A DNA stretch of 63,486 bases, filler included, from Asterionella formosa (lineage: Eukaryota): assembly GCA_002256025.1 (NCBI GenBank). It is 24 parts of 24 records of this genome, joined end to end, with 100 filler letters (N's around TTAATTAATTAA, not from the genome) between each part and the next. Parts side by side here need not be neighbours in the genome. Positions count along the whole stretch, not along the records: positions 11,581 to 13,139 come from NKIB01001958.1; positions 13,240 to 38,721 come from NKIB01001959.1; 22 more parts are not named here. One strand, 5' to 3'. Below are positions 11,581 to 24,006 of this stretch, piece by piece (position 1 is the stretch's first letter; each line of letters opens with the position of its first letter). Below the pieces are notes generated by a model, which did not search any database, was not told the DNA's origin, and worked only from the letters and a program-made list of their open reading frames with translations. The position numbers were made by a program, and so were the translations under genes.

Positions 11581-13139
11581 CGTACAGTGTATATTCCTAC
11601 GATGATCGTGCGTACAGTTATGGTTTAATTAAACCAAAAATTAAACCCCCAGTTAAACCGGGTTTAATTTTTCTACTGGCAAATACTGTTGTAACACGGT
11701 GCTTCCACTAGTATTTTCAGATCAATACCGTGCCAGTATTAAAATGACCCAGTAGACACATAGCAGAGGCCGACGGGAAAATACAACTTGGGTTTAATTT
11801 TACCAATTACGGGAACGTAGTCGTAAAAAATTAAACTCCCAGTTAAACCCGTAGTGGAAGCTAGCACTAGTAGTTCACTCGTACTCCAGTACTGTGCACA
11901 AAGGTAGCGACAATACCGGTACTGGTAGCAGGTACCTGGTACCATTGCTCCTATCGACTGGTATGGTACCGGGGAGTACCAGGGTACCGTAACAGGGTAC
12001 GTGTATGCGGGGAATAGACCATTGTATATATTAGAGTACTTAATATGGAGTCACCACGAGTACATATACTATAGCACTATATTACAGTAAATAGAGGACC
12101 AAGTCTATTATTGGTAGGTGTGTATATGTCTAATATACATAAACCCGAAATGAAGTGAAAACAATCAATATACCGGTATAGCTAATGAAAAATAGTGAAA
12201 AAAATAATGTAGCTACAGTAGTATGAAATCATGCATCTGTGTAATAATAGCCTAAATACATACTAGCTGTGTATGACCACCAGCGTGATGATCAGCAGAT
12301 ATCAATTGATTGGCAATCTAATCTGTGGCATTATTCTATCTGGAATATATACCTCATACATTTTGTCAATTTGCAATGTGGCAGTGAAAAGAACACAGCT
12401 CAAAGTAGGGCAGTCATCATAGCTATCCCACACACAACGCTTTGCCAACCAACAATACTCCACCATTCTTACTATGTCCTGCTCAACCCTTGTAAAATTT
12501 TCAGCAACCTTACAAACCTAATTCCAACTTTTTGCATTCCTACCACAGAACAAATAGTTTTTGGTGTAAAAGAAAGACTACAATACTGACAGAATTGCTT
12601 CCTCCCTCCTACCTCTTTGACACACATCCTGCATCATTTCTGTTGGTTAATCAACTTGTTAATTGTTGAAAACTTCTTCAAACACCGCATTTGAGGCATT
12701 TCTGGACTCTCAATCATCATTCTGCATACTTGTCACTCCTGCTACCACCAATAACTAGTAGTAGTCAGGAGTCAACACTCCTTCAAGACGAGAGTCGACT
12801 GGCTGATGTCATCCACCTTAGTTTCAAAACTAGGCGACATTGCATCTCGATCTGCTGGGAGTACAACCCAAGTACCCGGTATATAGTTCCAAAAACAAAC
12901 TGGCAGCTCATACTTCCCTCCTTCACCTGCTGTTGGTGTCCCATCAGTCACACCTTCCTCTCCTTACCGCTGCTGCATACCGAAATACCGAGTACCTGGT
13001 ACCAGGTACCAATGGTACCAGTACCTGGTACCGGTACATGAATGAGGATGGGGTTTAATTTGTGTGTACGACCGGTACCAGTTACCAGGTACTACAGTGT
13101 AATAGCTAATTTTATGTACTCGTACAGTGTATATTCCTA
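11581..13139. repeat. Contig with a 19-bp terminal direct repeat (possible collapsed 1540-bp tandem unit or circle)
   Basis: CGTACAGTGTATATTCCTA at both 11581-11599 and 13121-13139. Confidence 0.6.
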
Positions 13140-13239
13140 NNNNNNNNNNNNNNNNNNNNNNNNNNNNNNNNNNNNNNNNNNNNTTAATTAATTAANNNNN
13201 NNNNNNNNNNNNNNNNNNNNNNNNNNNNNNNNNNNNNNN

Positions 13240-13695
13240 GTATTTCTTCTCGCCCTTTGCTGCAACCTCCTCGAACTTTTTAATGTAGCTCTCGTCATTC
13301 ATCATCCCTTCTTTAATTTCATCTCCAAAAAGGTCTGGGGGTGCAATGTTCTGATCAATACAAGCCCTATAAATTTCACTCTTTTTCTTCATCCGAAGCT
13401 CCACATACATCTTTTTCTTCATCTCTTGGAAGTACCAATCTGTGGCACCCTTGACTTGGTCTGGGGGAAAGTGAATAATCACGTTCAAACTCTTTGTACT
13501 CTTTGAACTCTTAGCACTCTTAGTACTACCAGTTGTTATCCTTGAAGTTCTTCCTGAAATAACTTGTGGAGTCAATCCACTGATGGAAGATGCCGGAGTT
13601 GTGCTTACTGGAAGAGAAATGGCCACTAGATCATTCCGAACTCTAATGGCAGGCACACTGTTGTTCCCTGGCGTAACTTCAATGAAAATTTCCAT
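13240..13695 (-). CDS. Hypothetical protein, 3' end truncated by the contig boundary
   Basis: Open frame of about 152 codons from ATG 13695, with an S/T/K-rich linker followed by a helical region. Confidence 0.5.
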
Positions 13696-13761
13696 CAGTT
13701 AGTCAATATTTTCAATGAACATCATTTCAACAATTCCACTTTGTTCACTTCCCCGAAGTGA

Positions 13762-15007
13762 CTAACCTTGTGGAACTCCAGCCAAAACAAGAAGATTGGA
13801 CTTAAAACTGATCTCCAACTGCCTGCTCATGGCAGTTGTCCTTTGATGAACAACTATGTCATACAGGCTGTTGAACCTGGCATATCCCTTTGCGTCCCAG
13901 CCACCATATCTCTTTCCCTGTCCTCCAGTACCGGTATAAACGTATTTTGGTGCAGGAGTATCATCTTCATGACCTTTCATCATTGCCTTATGCAACCAGA
14001 CATCCCAACAATTCTCCAAGACCAACAATGAAAAAACCTCGTCAGAAACACTAACAATGTCACTGACATGCTTCTTAGCACACTGTCGTTTCCAAGACAG
14101 CTTTCGCCCAACCCTGGAATAAAAGTACTCAACTAGAAGGAAGAAAGGATGATTCTTGGTTCCTTCTCCATCACCTGTCTCCTGAATAGAAACAGAACGG
14201 CTGTTGGAGATGGTATGCTTATTCAGATGAATGTGCATACCATCACGAAAAAGTCCTGAAGTTTTGTAGATTGGAATCGAATGTTTTGTAAGTAGTAAAC
14301 AATGAGTATGTTAACCAAGTCAAGAACAAATCAGGCATACCACCAAGTCAAGTTGTTTACTTACTGGCAAAGGCATGTTTGAGAGTGGTAACAACGGCAT
14401 TTCTTTTCTCAGACATCACTTTATTAATATCATTCTTATATGTCTGCCAAATTGACTCGAAGTCCTTATCGGTTCCCATGAATAGACTTGGGAAGTGAGC
14501 ACGAAATGAGAGTGCCAGACTAGTTGGTCCCCTTTCATCAAGTTCAATATCACCTGTGATAAACTTGACTTTTGGGAAAAGTTCAAGTTTGACCCATTGA
14601 CCAACATTCCGGGTCCAATGCTTGTCTCTTCCAATGCCATGGCCACCAGAAAGTTGAAGTCTTTGCTTCTCCGTTACTTCCCGAAGCTCTTCAATCTCTT
14701 TTCTACTTTTCTTCAACTCAGATTGAAGAAACTCTAAGGAAAGGTTTGTTTCAATTCCCTTGTGATCAGAAATAGTCGAAATGTTTTTCTTACCATCAGT
14801 TGATGAAATGAGACTTTCATCCTCGTCACTGAAGAAATCGCTGTTCTCTGCTCCAGGAATAGAGACTCCGTTGTCGCTTTCACTGTCGGATGCAGAGGAA
14901 GCCTCAGCCTGAGACAGCTCCTGAATATGTTTTGACATGATATCCGAAATAGCTTGCCAGAGATTTATAGGAATTGGATCTCGAACAATCACTGATTGAT
15001 CACGCAT
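13762..15007 (-). CDS. Two-exon hypothetical protein of a diatom-expanded, often TE-associated family (SDExFxLLVLEN...RYGGW...G..RFN.L); possibly carries a premature stop
   Basis: Exon 1 is 15007-14365, the GT-AG intron is 14364-14256 and exon 2 is 14255-13762. Splicing joins the two track ORFs in frame (…HAFAR LFRDGMHIH…). The frame continues about 20 codons past the TAG. Confidence 0.7.
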
Positions 15008-15496
15008 TTATTCGCAAAAGTGGACATTTTCCCTTTGCAAATGGCCATTGTTGCTGGTCTACCGGTCTACCGGTAGTCTGCTACACTAATAATAATCAAG
15101 CATCATCACCTTCAAAATTCAACAGTTACTGAATGGCGCGACAGTAAAAGTACTTGCTAGCTAGTAGCTACTAGTAGCTACTAGCAGCGATTCAGGGAAA
15201 TTATACGCACAAACAAGGACAAGGTATTGTATATAGTACATCCGAGTATTCGTGTGTCTTGTACTATTTATCTAGTAGGTACTAGATCCAGGTAGGATTC
15301 GGACACAAAAACATTGCAACTTGCTACTACTGGCTTCCTGCCTGTTTTTTGGAACAGAAAAACTGCCAGCCATCCTCACGTGACTCTATATTTCTCTAAT
15401 AATTGCACTTTTTCGCAACAATTGCGTTACTCTCCTCTTCTCTCTTTCCTTTCTCCCTTCGAGACTTCTTTCTCGCTCAAGAACAGACCAGCCAAG

Positions 15497-16090
15497 ATGT
15501 GCGATGGTTTCTGTCCTTTCGAGGATCACAGGGCTCAGTATGGTGATGATGATACTATGTATCCTCATTACCACATCAAGACGAATTTCAGTGTTCCTTT
15601 CACTACTGACCAGTTTAAGAGTACTTGCGACAGTATGGACAAGTTACTTGAGATTGGCATGTTCAAGGATTTCCAGAGAGATCCTGAATTGTCCATGAAG
15701 AAACTCTATCTTCGATTGATCAACGCGTATGAGAATGAGTCCTTTCTCCCTCAACGCTATTGGTTGGTCCCCTTCAGTCCAGAGTCTATGAGTCTGATCC
15801 GCGAGGGATACAGGACTCATGTGGATTATCCACTGCTCTATTTTCTTGCTTTTTTCACTCATGTGAGCAAAAGTCTTGAGGCTCTAGGAAGATTGTACAT
15901 TGGTCGCATCAATGTACGTGACCCTAATGCTGATGATAGGCAGTACAAGTGGAAAGTTAGGATCACCCAAATTCCCCTTGACACCTTCGCCACCTCTAAA
16001 ATCCCTTTGGAGATCAATGAGATTATGACTTTCTTGTCCAAATCTTTTGGTAACGATACTGTAATTATGTATGCACTCAATAAACTATAA
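15497..16090 (+). CDS. Hypothetical protein, 197 aa, intronless
   Basis: Long ORF with globular composition from ATG 15497 (MCDGFCPFEDH...), divergent from the gene starting at 15007. No family recognised. Confidence 0.55.
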   Translation: MCDGFCPFEDHRAQYGDDDTMYPHYHIKTNFSVPFTTDQFKSTCDSMDKLLEIGMFKDFQRDPELSMKKLYLRLINAYENESFLPQRYWLVPFSPESMSLIREGYRTHVDYPLLYFLAFFTHVSKSLEALGRLYIGRINVRDPNADDRQYKWKVRITQIPLDTFATSKIPLEINEIMTFLSKSFGNDTVIMYALNKL

Positions 16091-17946
16091 ACATTAGGTA
16101 GCCAGCGTGAGCCACAATCTAAACCAATAGAAATGCTTCTTTTTATTTGGCAATGGTTGGCATCTAATGGACCAAATACATGATATTTGGTCAATAAGGG
16201 GGTCATCCTCAACCAAGACCAAAGCATATTTGGTCGTGGTCGATGCGGTGGCTAAAATATTTTTGCTTTATTTTTCGACCAACACAATGCATCATTACGT
16301 GTAATGACTGACAACTTCAATTGGCTTGGTATTTGTTCGATGCCGTGGCAATGCTCAAAGGTCAAGCAACTCAGCATGACAATGCCATTCCAGACAAGAT
16401 ATGCAGTGTACAGATAAATATATTTTGTATATTGAGATTTGTCAAACAAGTCTACGGACTAACCTACATGCTGCTTCTGATCCTCCTCCTGTGCACCAAG
16501 CCCGTTTCGGGCACCTTTGCTGCCGCTCTTCCACTTCATTTCCTTCCACCACCAGTGTCTCATCCCAACGCCGCCCTTAAGAATTCAAAGAATTCGGAAT
16601 CATCCAAAACCCCTCTCTCTACACTGCAACAGAAACCCAAACCCGCAGAACCATTGGTTGGCGCATATTTCATGCACCATTCTCCAATCCCTGCATTTAC
16701 CACCAGTCTCACTTCTTCTTCCCCTCGACTGACCCCTGCCTCTCCTGCTTATCATATCCTGATCATTTTATGGTCCGCACAGCTATTCGAAAAGAGGCAT
16801 CTACCACAGCCAGCCCCAACCCCTCTATTTTTCCGGCCACCAAAAAAGGCACCCTACCCACTACATCTGACAAAGTCTCCTCCCCCTATCAAAACCACCC
16901 CCAAACCCAAGAACACAGCGCCTACTGACCCCTCTTACCACTCTTTAAGGCTCCATTTCAGCCTAGCATTCAATTATTTGATTCCTATTCAGCAAACTAT
17001 TCCTCCGCCCAAGATTGCGGATCCAGTTCACTCCTATATCACTGCATTATTCTTTCATTCCAGGCCTCCTTTCTACAATATTTTTCTTCCATGTCTTTGT
17101 GACAGTGTTTATCCCATTTATTTGAATATCACCAGCTAACTCAATACTCTGACTTCACCATCTGAACTTTTCTAGCTAACTCTTAATGTCCTCATTCTTA
17201 CTCCTAGCATCCAAGATAATCTCTCTCTCTCTCTGCCTTCTGAGACCATTTGTCTTGACCATTTGTTTCTGTCACTTCCTCCATCAAAGAATCTAAGTGC
17301 TGCATGGGATCCTTGCCTGAGTCACACCCAATAACAAAATCTCCTCATCCTACTCTAAGAACTGCATGGGCTCCTTGCCTGGTTCCCCTGTCCTAAATTC
17401 ACAATCCTGGCCCTCCTCTGGGCCACAGTGCGACCCAAAGAACTCCACCATAGTCGAGGCTCTATAACACATACTTAAAAGTTTTCTTTGCATCTATTTT
17501 GTATATTGAGAATTCATACAAGGAATAATTTTTATGTAAAAGAATAATAAAAGAATGCTGACTACCGTATCCCAGTCGTAAGGGCGATTGTTGATATGCT
17601 TCATTGCATCCAGTTGCCAAGAACCACATCGCTTCGATTTTCTCCATCAATTCATGCCCGATAGCACTGCAAAGATTTGCAGTCAATAACAAAAAATAAG
17701 TTGAATAGATGTTTAGTTTACCACTTCAAATTTTGAATAATTCGTTCTGTACCTGTTTTGTTGACCATTAGGGTTGGTTGTTGCTTGCATCATAATTGAA
17801 ATGTTCTTGTTAACGATTAGAGCTCATGGCTTGTTAAGTTGGCAAACTACAGGTATCGTACAATGCTGCTTATTACACCTTAAAAAAGTAAATAAATAAC
17901 AGCACTATGATTACTATTTAACTTGGACGTAGTTTCCTTTCCTCAA

Positions 17947-19856
17947 TCAGATTTTGCCAAACTGACCTCCAGTTGTGGCAACACTTACGAATTGGGCTTC
18001 CGTTACACCAGCGCCCATGGCCGCTGTTGATGAAACACCACCAGAGGCAACATTGACCATGTTATCAACCAGTTCTGCTCCGGACCACTTTTGATGAGTC
18101 AACAATTCAACATTGTTCTCTCGTTCTTTTCTTTGAATGTCTCGGACGTAGGCTAACATGCCTTCATCTCCAAACGATCGGGCTAGTTGAGTCACAATCA
18201 AGCCATTCGAGTGGAATCCAGCCAGCGTAATGAATTGCCAAGTGTATCCCATGTTGCCAAGATCGTCATTGAATCTAGCAAGTTCTTGGTCAGACATACC
18301 AGATGCATCCCAGTTGAAGGACGGACTGAGATTGTAGGCCAACATTTGATGGGGGTGGACCATCTTGACACCTTCAGCGAATTTCCTGGCATCTTCAATA
18401 CCTGGATACTTGGTTTCCATCCAAATAAGATCAGCATACGGAGCATAGGCACGAGCACGTTGAATACAATAATCAATGCCAGCCTTAATCTGATAGTATC
18501 CTTCGCGAACGCGGCACAACTCCCAATCAAAGTAAACCTGTGAACGTGCACTTCTCGTGAGATACATTTCGAACCGTTTCACTACAACCATAATGCATGA
18601 TGATACGTACTGAATTCTTTTCACCAAAAATAGTGTCTGCCACCCTTCGAGCAGCGGCATTGCTCAAGGTGTCTGGATCGCCGGCTAGCCACTGATTTCT
18701 CATTTGTCGCTTCTTGTAAGCCCCACCAGAGGAGGCTTCAATCTTTGCCAATACCGCTTCACCAAAGGTCATCAGGTTGGCGCGTTCCTTCCAGTCTTCA
18801 CTCGTGCCACCCGAAGTCACATAGTCCTGCAACGAAGTCACACCAGGAACAGTTACCCCAAGAATAAATGCATGATCGCGTCCATCCATATTATTGTCCA
18901 ATAAAGTGGCCGCTTCAGCATCGGTCCGAGCCACCAAAATAGTACTTGCTCCAAGGACATCACAAGCCAATCGGGAAGCCACCAATCGATCGATATGTTC
19001 CTGGGTCGAGACCAAGACTTTTCCTCCCATATGCCCACATTTTTTCGTTCCTGGCTTTTGATCTTCAAAATGAATGCCAGCAGCACCAGCTTCGATAAAT
19101 AGCTTGGTGAGTTTCATGACAGCGCTGAGGCCACCGTGACCAGTGTCACCGTCGGCGACAATCGGAGTCAAGTAGTCCACGCGTGGGCCCGGGTCGGTGC
19201 CAGACAAGAGCGCTTTGGCTCGTTCGTTGGTTTGGCGACGGTCATGGTGCTGTTGAGCACGGACCAACTGATCCACCTTGCTTGGGACAGTGTTCATAGG
19301 ATAGTCAGCAAAGTCTGGACCCGGCTCGTTGGTCGTGGAAGCTGTGGACGAGCATTGCCATCCGGAGACATAAATAGAGGACAAGTGAGGAGCCATCTGG
19401 ACCGCTTGGACAGGGTCCAAGGCACCAAACGTGTGAGAGTATCCTCTGACCTGCTGCAGATTTCGAAGGAGTTTGTACAGTTTCATGGATTGCTGCGATG
19501 AAAAGGAAGTGTTTGGAGCTGCGAAATGGCCGCCTCGCGCCTCCGAGGATGGACGGAGGCAAGCAACATCCATGGCTAAAGAAAATAAATGAAAGAATTC
19601 CAACAACTGCCAGTTAGCAAAGCATAACGGAGGCAGATGGATCAGTTTGCGAAATTCATGAGTTGCACTGACCAGTGTAAGGCCGCACAGTGTGTTGCCA
19701 TCGCTGAGCATCGGACCACCATATGTCGATCTGAGAAGCGTCCGAATGCAATCGATTCATTTCTTCGCCAGGAGATTCAGGGTCGACGGTACCGTTAGGA
19801 GCTCCTTTGTTCGCTGGCAACGAGCGGAGCCCTCGACTGACTTTTGGTTGCACCAT
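17947..19856 (-). CDS. ICL: Isocitrate lyase (glyoxylate cycle), long eukaryotic type, 3 exons, 579 aa
   Basis: Exons 19856-19673, 19575-18611 and 18537-17947; GT-AG introns 19672-19576 and 18610-18538 keep the frame. Motifs: [25 protein letters not shown], catalytic [50 protein letters not shown]. Confidence 0.97.
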
Positions 19857-21949
19857 TCTATTTCACAGCAAGGATGTGCTAGTAAATGGACAGTTGAATG
19901 GGATCGATGATGGTCAAAAATGAGAAGGTTTTGTCGGAGGATATTTGTGAAAAGAGGGCACCAAGTGTGACGAGCCTAGATGAGTGTCAAAAACTCGAGT
20001 GAGAGTCGAACTTCCTGCCAACAAGCGTCAACCATATGTGATGTTCCGTCATGACACGTCAACTGCAGTATCATGCCAACGCAACAACTGGAAAATTTAG
20101 TATACTATGCACCCAGTACAACAAGCTGTGCTCCATCGTCAAGCATACATTTTAGCGCAAAAATGTACCCGGGAACGTATGGAGTACGAACGCACTTCTG
20201 AGGACATAAATAATATGTAACGGTAGAGCATTACATAATCAGTAAGATTCATCTCTAATGCACGACCGCGATCTACTAATTAATTAGTTAGGGTAGCAAG
20301 TAATTTAGACAAGAATGTATCAGAGTACTGGTATGGCCAGCATACCGGGTATCTACCATGTTAGTTAGTATCCCGAAATGAATCGAACGAACCACGATCC
20401 ATGTCATCGACGCGCTGTTGTTCTATGTATTCTACAGAATGATCACTTCTGTCATAGTACGAATTGATGGTCGTGATGAGTACACAATTATGATCTATAC
20501 ATATTTATGGACGGTACCTGGTACCAGGGTACCTGGTAGTTTACCACAGTAGCAAAGTTGTGATTTTCGTGCGTGCAGCAACCAACAAGTACGGCCTACC
20601 AGTACATCTTATTATTTGCTTTACCGTGACAAAGGAATATACGACAAAAGCATGCAGTATACCCCTTGACTCCGCCCCCTGCCCCAGTATATTTCGTGAG
20701 TGGCACCAAACACCCAATAATTTTTATGGCAGGGTGCACACTTTGAGGACATCGTGTAGGCTCGTGAAGGCCTTGTAGAGTACCAGGAATAACCCTAACC
20801 CATCTAAAATATGAAATAGCACGCAAAAATGCTTGTTGTTTTGCCATTACAATAGCCATCACTGACAGTCACTCTTCTTTGTACCTTATTGCAATATCGC
20901 AGATCCAACTCCGGTTCGAGTATCTCAACCATCTGGATTTAAAGAATTAGTGGATGAATCTGCAAGGGCACACATTCTCAGCTAATTTTGAACAATTCTA
21001 AAATTATTTGTGCAGAAAGTTCCTGCTGGCTGTAATGGATTCCAATTGAGCTCTTGTGTGACCGCATACACCTAGAATTTAATATCGAAGGTGACATGAA
21101 GTTCACCAAGACAATGCTGACAAGAACGGTTTTTAAAATTCATGGAAAGACAGGAAGATAGGCAAATAAAGTGATTCTGGCGGAAAATGTTCCAGTTGAC
21201 ATGTATCGTCATGTTTATCATGATGAGAAAGGAAGTGATTGGCGTGAGTTTCTGTACCTGACAATGGAATGAAAGCAGAAGACATGCATGAGATTCCATC
21301 TGGAAAGAATGCATCATTTTGGGTGGATATATGTGTTGCAAAGCACTTGTGTGGGGAGGGGTGACAATGGAGTCATTGATGACTGGCATTTGAAGATGAC
21401 ACAACAACAAACAATCAAAATTTTGGGAAAATTTTCGTGACATTAGCAATGAAGGAATCTTATCAAAGGAGATATGAATTAAAGTGAATATCTATGTCTA
21501 CAATAGTATACTGGATGCATGTTGTTGGATTCAAAATTAACTTCACTTAAAATATTAAGCGCTTTAAGAACACTCATTTGCTAGAATGGCAGACCGAGTA
21601 GCGCTTCCTGGAGCTGCCAGCCTTGATGATTATGTATGTATGTACTAACTTACCAACCCAGGATCATCCCAACAAATGTGGTGACTTTGGGCGCTGGTGG
21701 GTAAGGATCAGTACCGGTTTTAATCGTCTGTAATGTACAACAGGAACCTGTCTTTCTTTAATTCAGTAGCCGCACCTCTGGAGCCCTATGGACTACATGA
21801 AAATGAAATACAGATGAAGAATGCAGGAATCGAACCCGCCACCTATAGTGGCCAGCTAACCAACTAAGCAATCTCCCAATGTTGTTGGATTCAGGTACAG
21901 AAACAGACCAAAACACTATTTTGTAGATTGTCAAGAGAAGGCCATAACT

Positions 21950-23230
21950 TTGAAGTATAGGCCAGCATACACAAAGAGGTATCTCGATTTGGAGGTACAG
22001 GCACACAGATGGATTCAGTTCAGTATTAAAGAGTCATAGTTATTAGAAACACAAGGTTACTTAGCAACGATAGCACAAAAGGCTATCACTACACCACTTC
22101 TGGTGTGAACATGGTAGAGTATCATGTCGATAATGTTGGGAAGATACCAGATGTTCAGTATGGTGGTAATCTCAGTGTCAGAAAGAGTGTCGACGACCCT
22201 GTGGTCGTTTTCTTGGCCAAGATGAGGTCATCTTCAAGCACTTCCTTCTACCACCATCTAATGTATGGACAAGCCCTAATGGTGAGAGACCACTTCTAAC
22301 TTAAGATGAGGGCTCCGGATTAAGATAGGTTCCCTTCTCTGTCAAGCGAGAATATGGATACCTTTTTTGGGAAATACATCGATCTTCTAACTCAAGTTAA
22401 TAATTCTAGGCTATATTCTAAGTATGCTGACTAAGAAGCTGCTACAGTAGTCTATGGAAGTGCACTAAAGAAAGATGTAAAGAAATCTCCGTTTCTAGTT
22501 TACTTTGCTTGAATATGGCGAGAGGAAGGAAAAGGGATACTGGAATGAAGCACACATGGTGTGACAGTTTGAAGATTGTGTGGATGTACTCAAGATGCTA
22601 CATCCAACTTAACATTTTGTATTCCTCTTTGACTAATCATCTGGTCACTCAAAGTAACGCCAAGATGGACTTAATTCATCCCGAATGAACAAGTCATTTG
22701 GAGGAAGGAACAAATTGATGAGAGAAACGAAAATTGAAACAGTACAAGGATACATGGGAACTTACCATTCAATTCTACAACCAAGAGATACTCAATTGCT
22801 TAACTTTCTACACTCTGATCCTGGTCCATTTTGGCTCACTCCTACTCAAGCTGAAGCATGTCACCATGATATTATGATTGAGACAAAAAATACTGATCGA
22901 ACGGTTATCATTGACAATGGACTTGGTGCTAAGCAAAGGAGTGAACACAAAAGGAAAAAACAAAAGAGAGTTTGTCAAAATATGTACAAAAATGCAATTG
23001 AAACTAAAGAAGAATTGAAAGAGAAAACGAAGGTTCATCGGGTAGTTCGAAGGGTTTGTTGCAGCTGCATGGGAGCGAGGCTTCATTGATGAAATGAATT
23101 TTGAAAAATTCAAAATTACTGGAACAAAGAAGAACGATTTGGAATCCTTGATAAATCTACAAGCTTAAGAGACCTGATGACAATGTGCTCTGACTTCCTT
23201 CATGAGCAAGGAATTATGGAATGCATTGTA
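21950..23230 (+). pseudogene. Degenerate IS630/Tc1-mariner-like DDE transposase (copy 1; N-terminal and central part)
   Basis: Frameshifted motifs in order: MVEYHVD, GGNLSVR, GQDE.IFK, KDEG, SREYG, SPFLV, GYW, EDCVD, FLFD.SSGH, DGLN..RMNKSFGG, DPGPFW. Many stops. Confidence 0.6.
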
Positions 23231-23835
23231 CTAGATCTGTATGATGACAATGATAATTCTATGACAAGAAAGACAAGCAAGAGGAATGCCTGAATGGCTT
23301 CAGCAAGAAGTAGATTCATTTATAGCAGTTCAATAACGATATAGAAATGCATTCTATATTATAAATTATCACACTGTAGAACAGTCAATAGACTCTAGAA
23401 TCATTTACTTTAGCATGTATAGTGATTCATGTCAACTGTAGTTCTACTAGCTTTAACACGATAAATCGAATCACAAATTATGATTTGAGCTATTTTACAT
23501 TGATGCTAGTAGTAGTAGTATGGAATTGCTTCTACAAATCAAGAATATAATAATAGAGCATGCTTGAACAGACTATACAGTTATGTTTCTAGTCACATGT
23601 TACACTTTTTGAATATTAAAGAGTCATCAATCACTTGCAAGATAGACAACTGAGTTCCAAGTGTTCAAAATTGTTGATTGTGAAACCCTCTACCAAGCTG
23701 TCTAAACCCACTGAGCGACATCCTGCCTGTTGCTTCATCTTCATACCAATAAGATGGGTGACAATCCAGTCCTCTTAGGCATCCCTAACAAAACCCTTAA
23801 CAGGCTTTTTTACTCCAACGTCCAAAACTTAAAGT

Positions 23836-24006
23836 TTTGTTTAATCCACCCTTAGTCCCTACCTGGCAAAGTGCATCTCGACTACAGTTACTGAAGAACC
23901 CGGAAAAGGGGGTCTGGGAATTTGTTTAATCCACCCTTAGTCCCTACCTGGCAAAGTGCATCTCGACTACAGTTACCGAAGAACCCGGAAAAGGGGGTCT
24001 GGGAAT
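23836..24006. repeat. 85-bp direct tandem duplication
   Basis: TTTGTTTAATCCACCCTTAG...GGGGTCTGGGAA at 23836 and 23921, with one mismatch. Confidence 0.92.

Noticed and set aside
12480..12720. Cys-rich minus-strand stretch (CRMC...CQYC) as a piggyBac-like C-terminal domain
   Set aside because: Short, interrupted by stops and with no adjacent DDD core, so support is insufficient.
16321..17139. 272-aa Pro-rich ORF
   Set aside because: TTG start and no recognisable domain. The open frame is explained by the C/T-rich strand composition.
17442..17454. 13-bp match (ACTATGGTGGAGT) to 46965-46977 as a shared TIR
   Set aside because: A 13-mer match is expected by chance in a window this size, and the match does not extend.
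18527..19711. Two overlapping ICL ORFs suggesting a split or frameshifted gene
   Set aside because: Fully explained by two canonical GT-AG introns.
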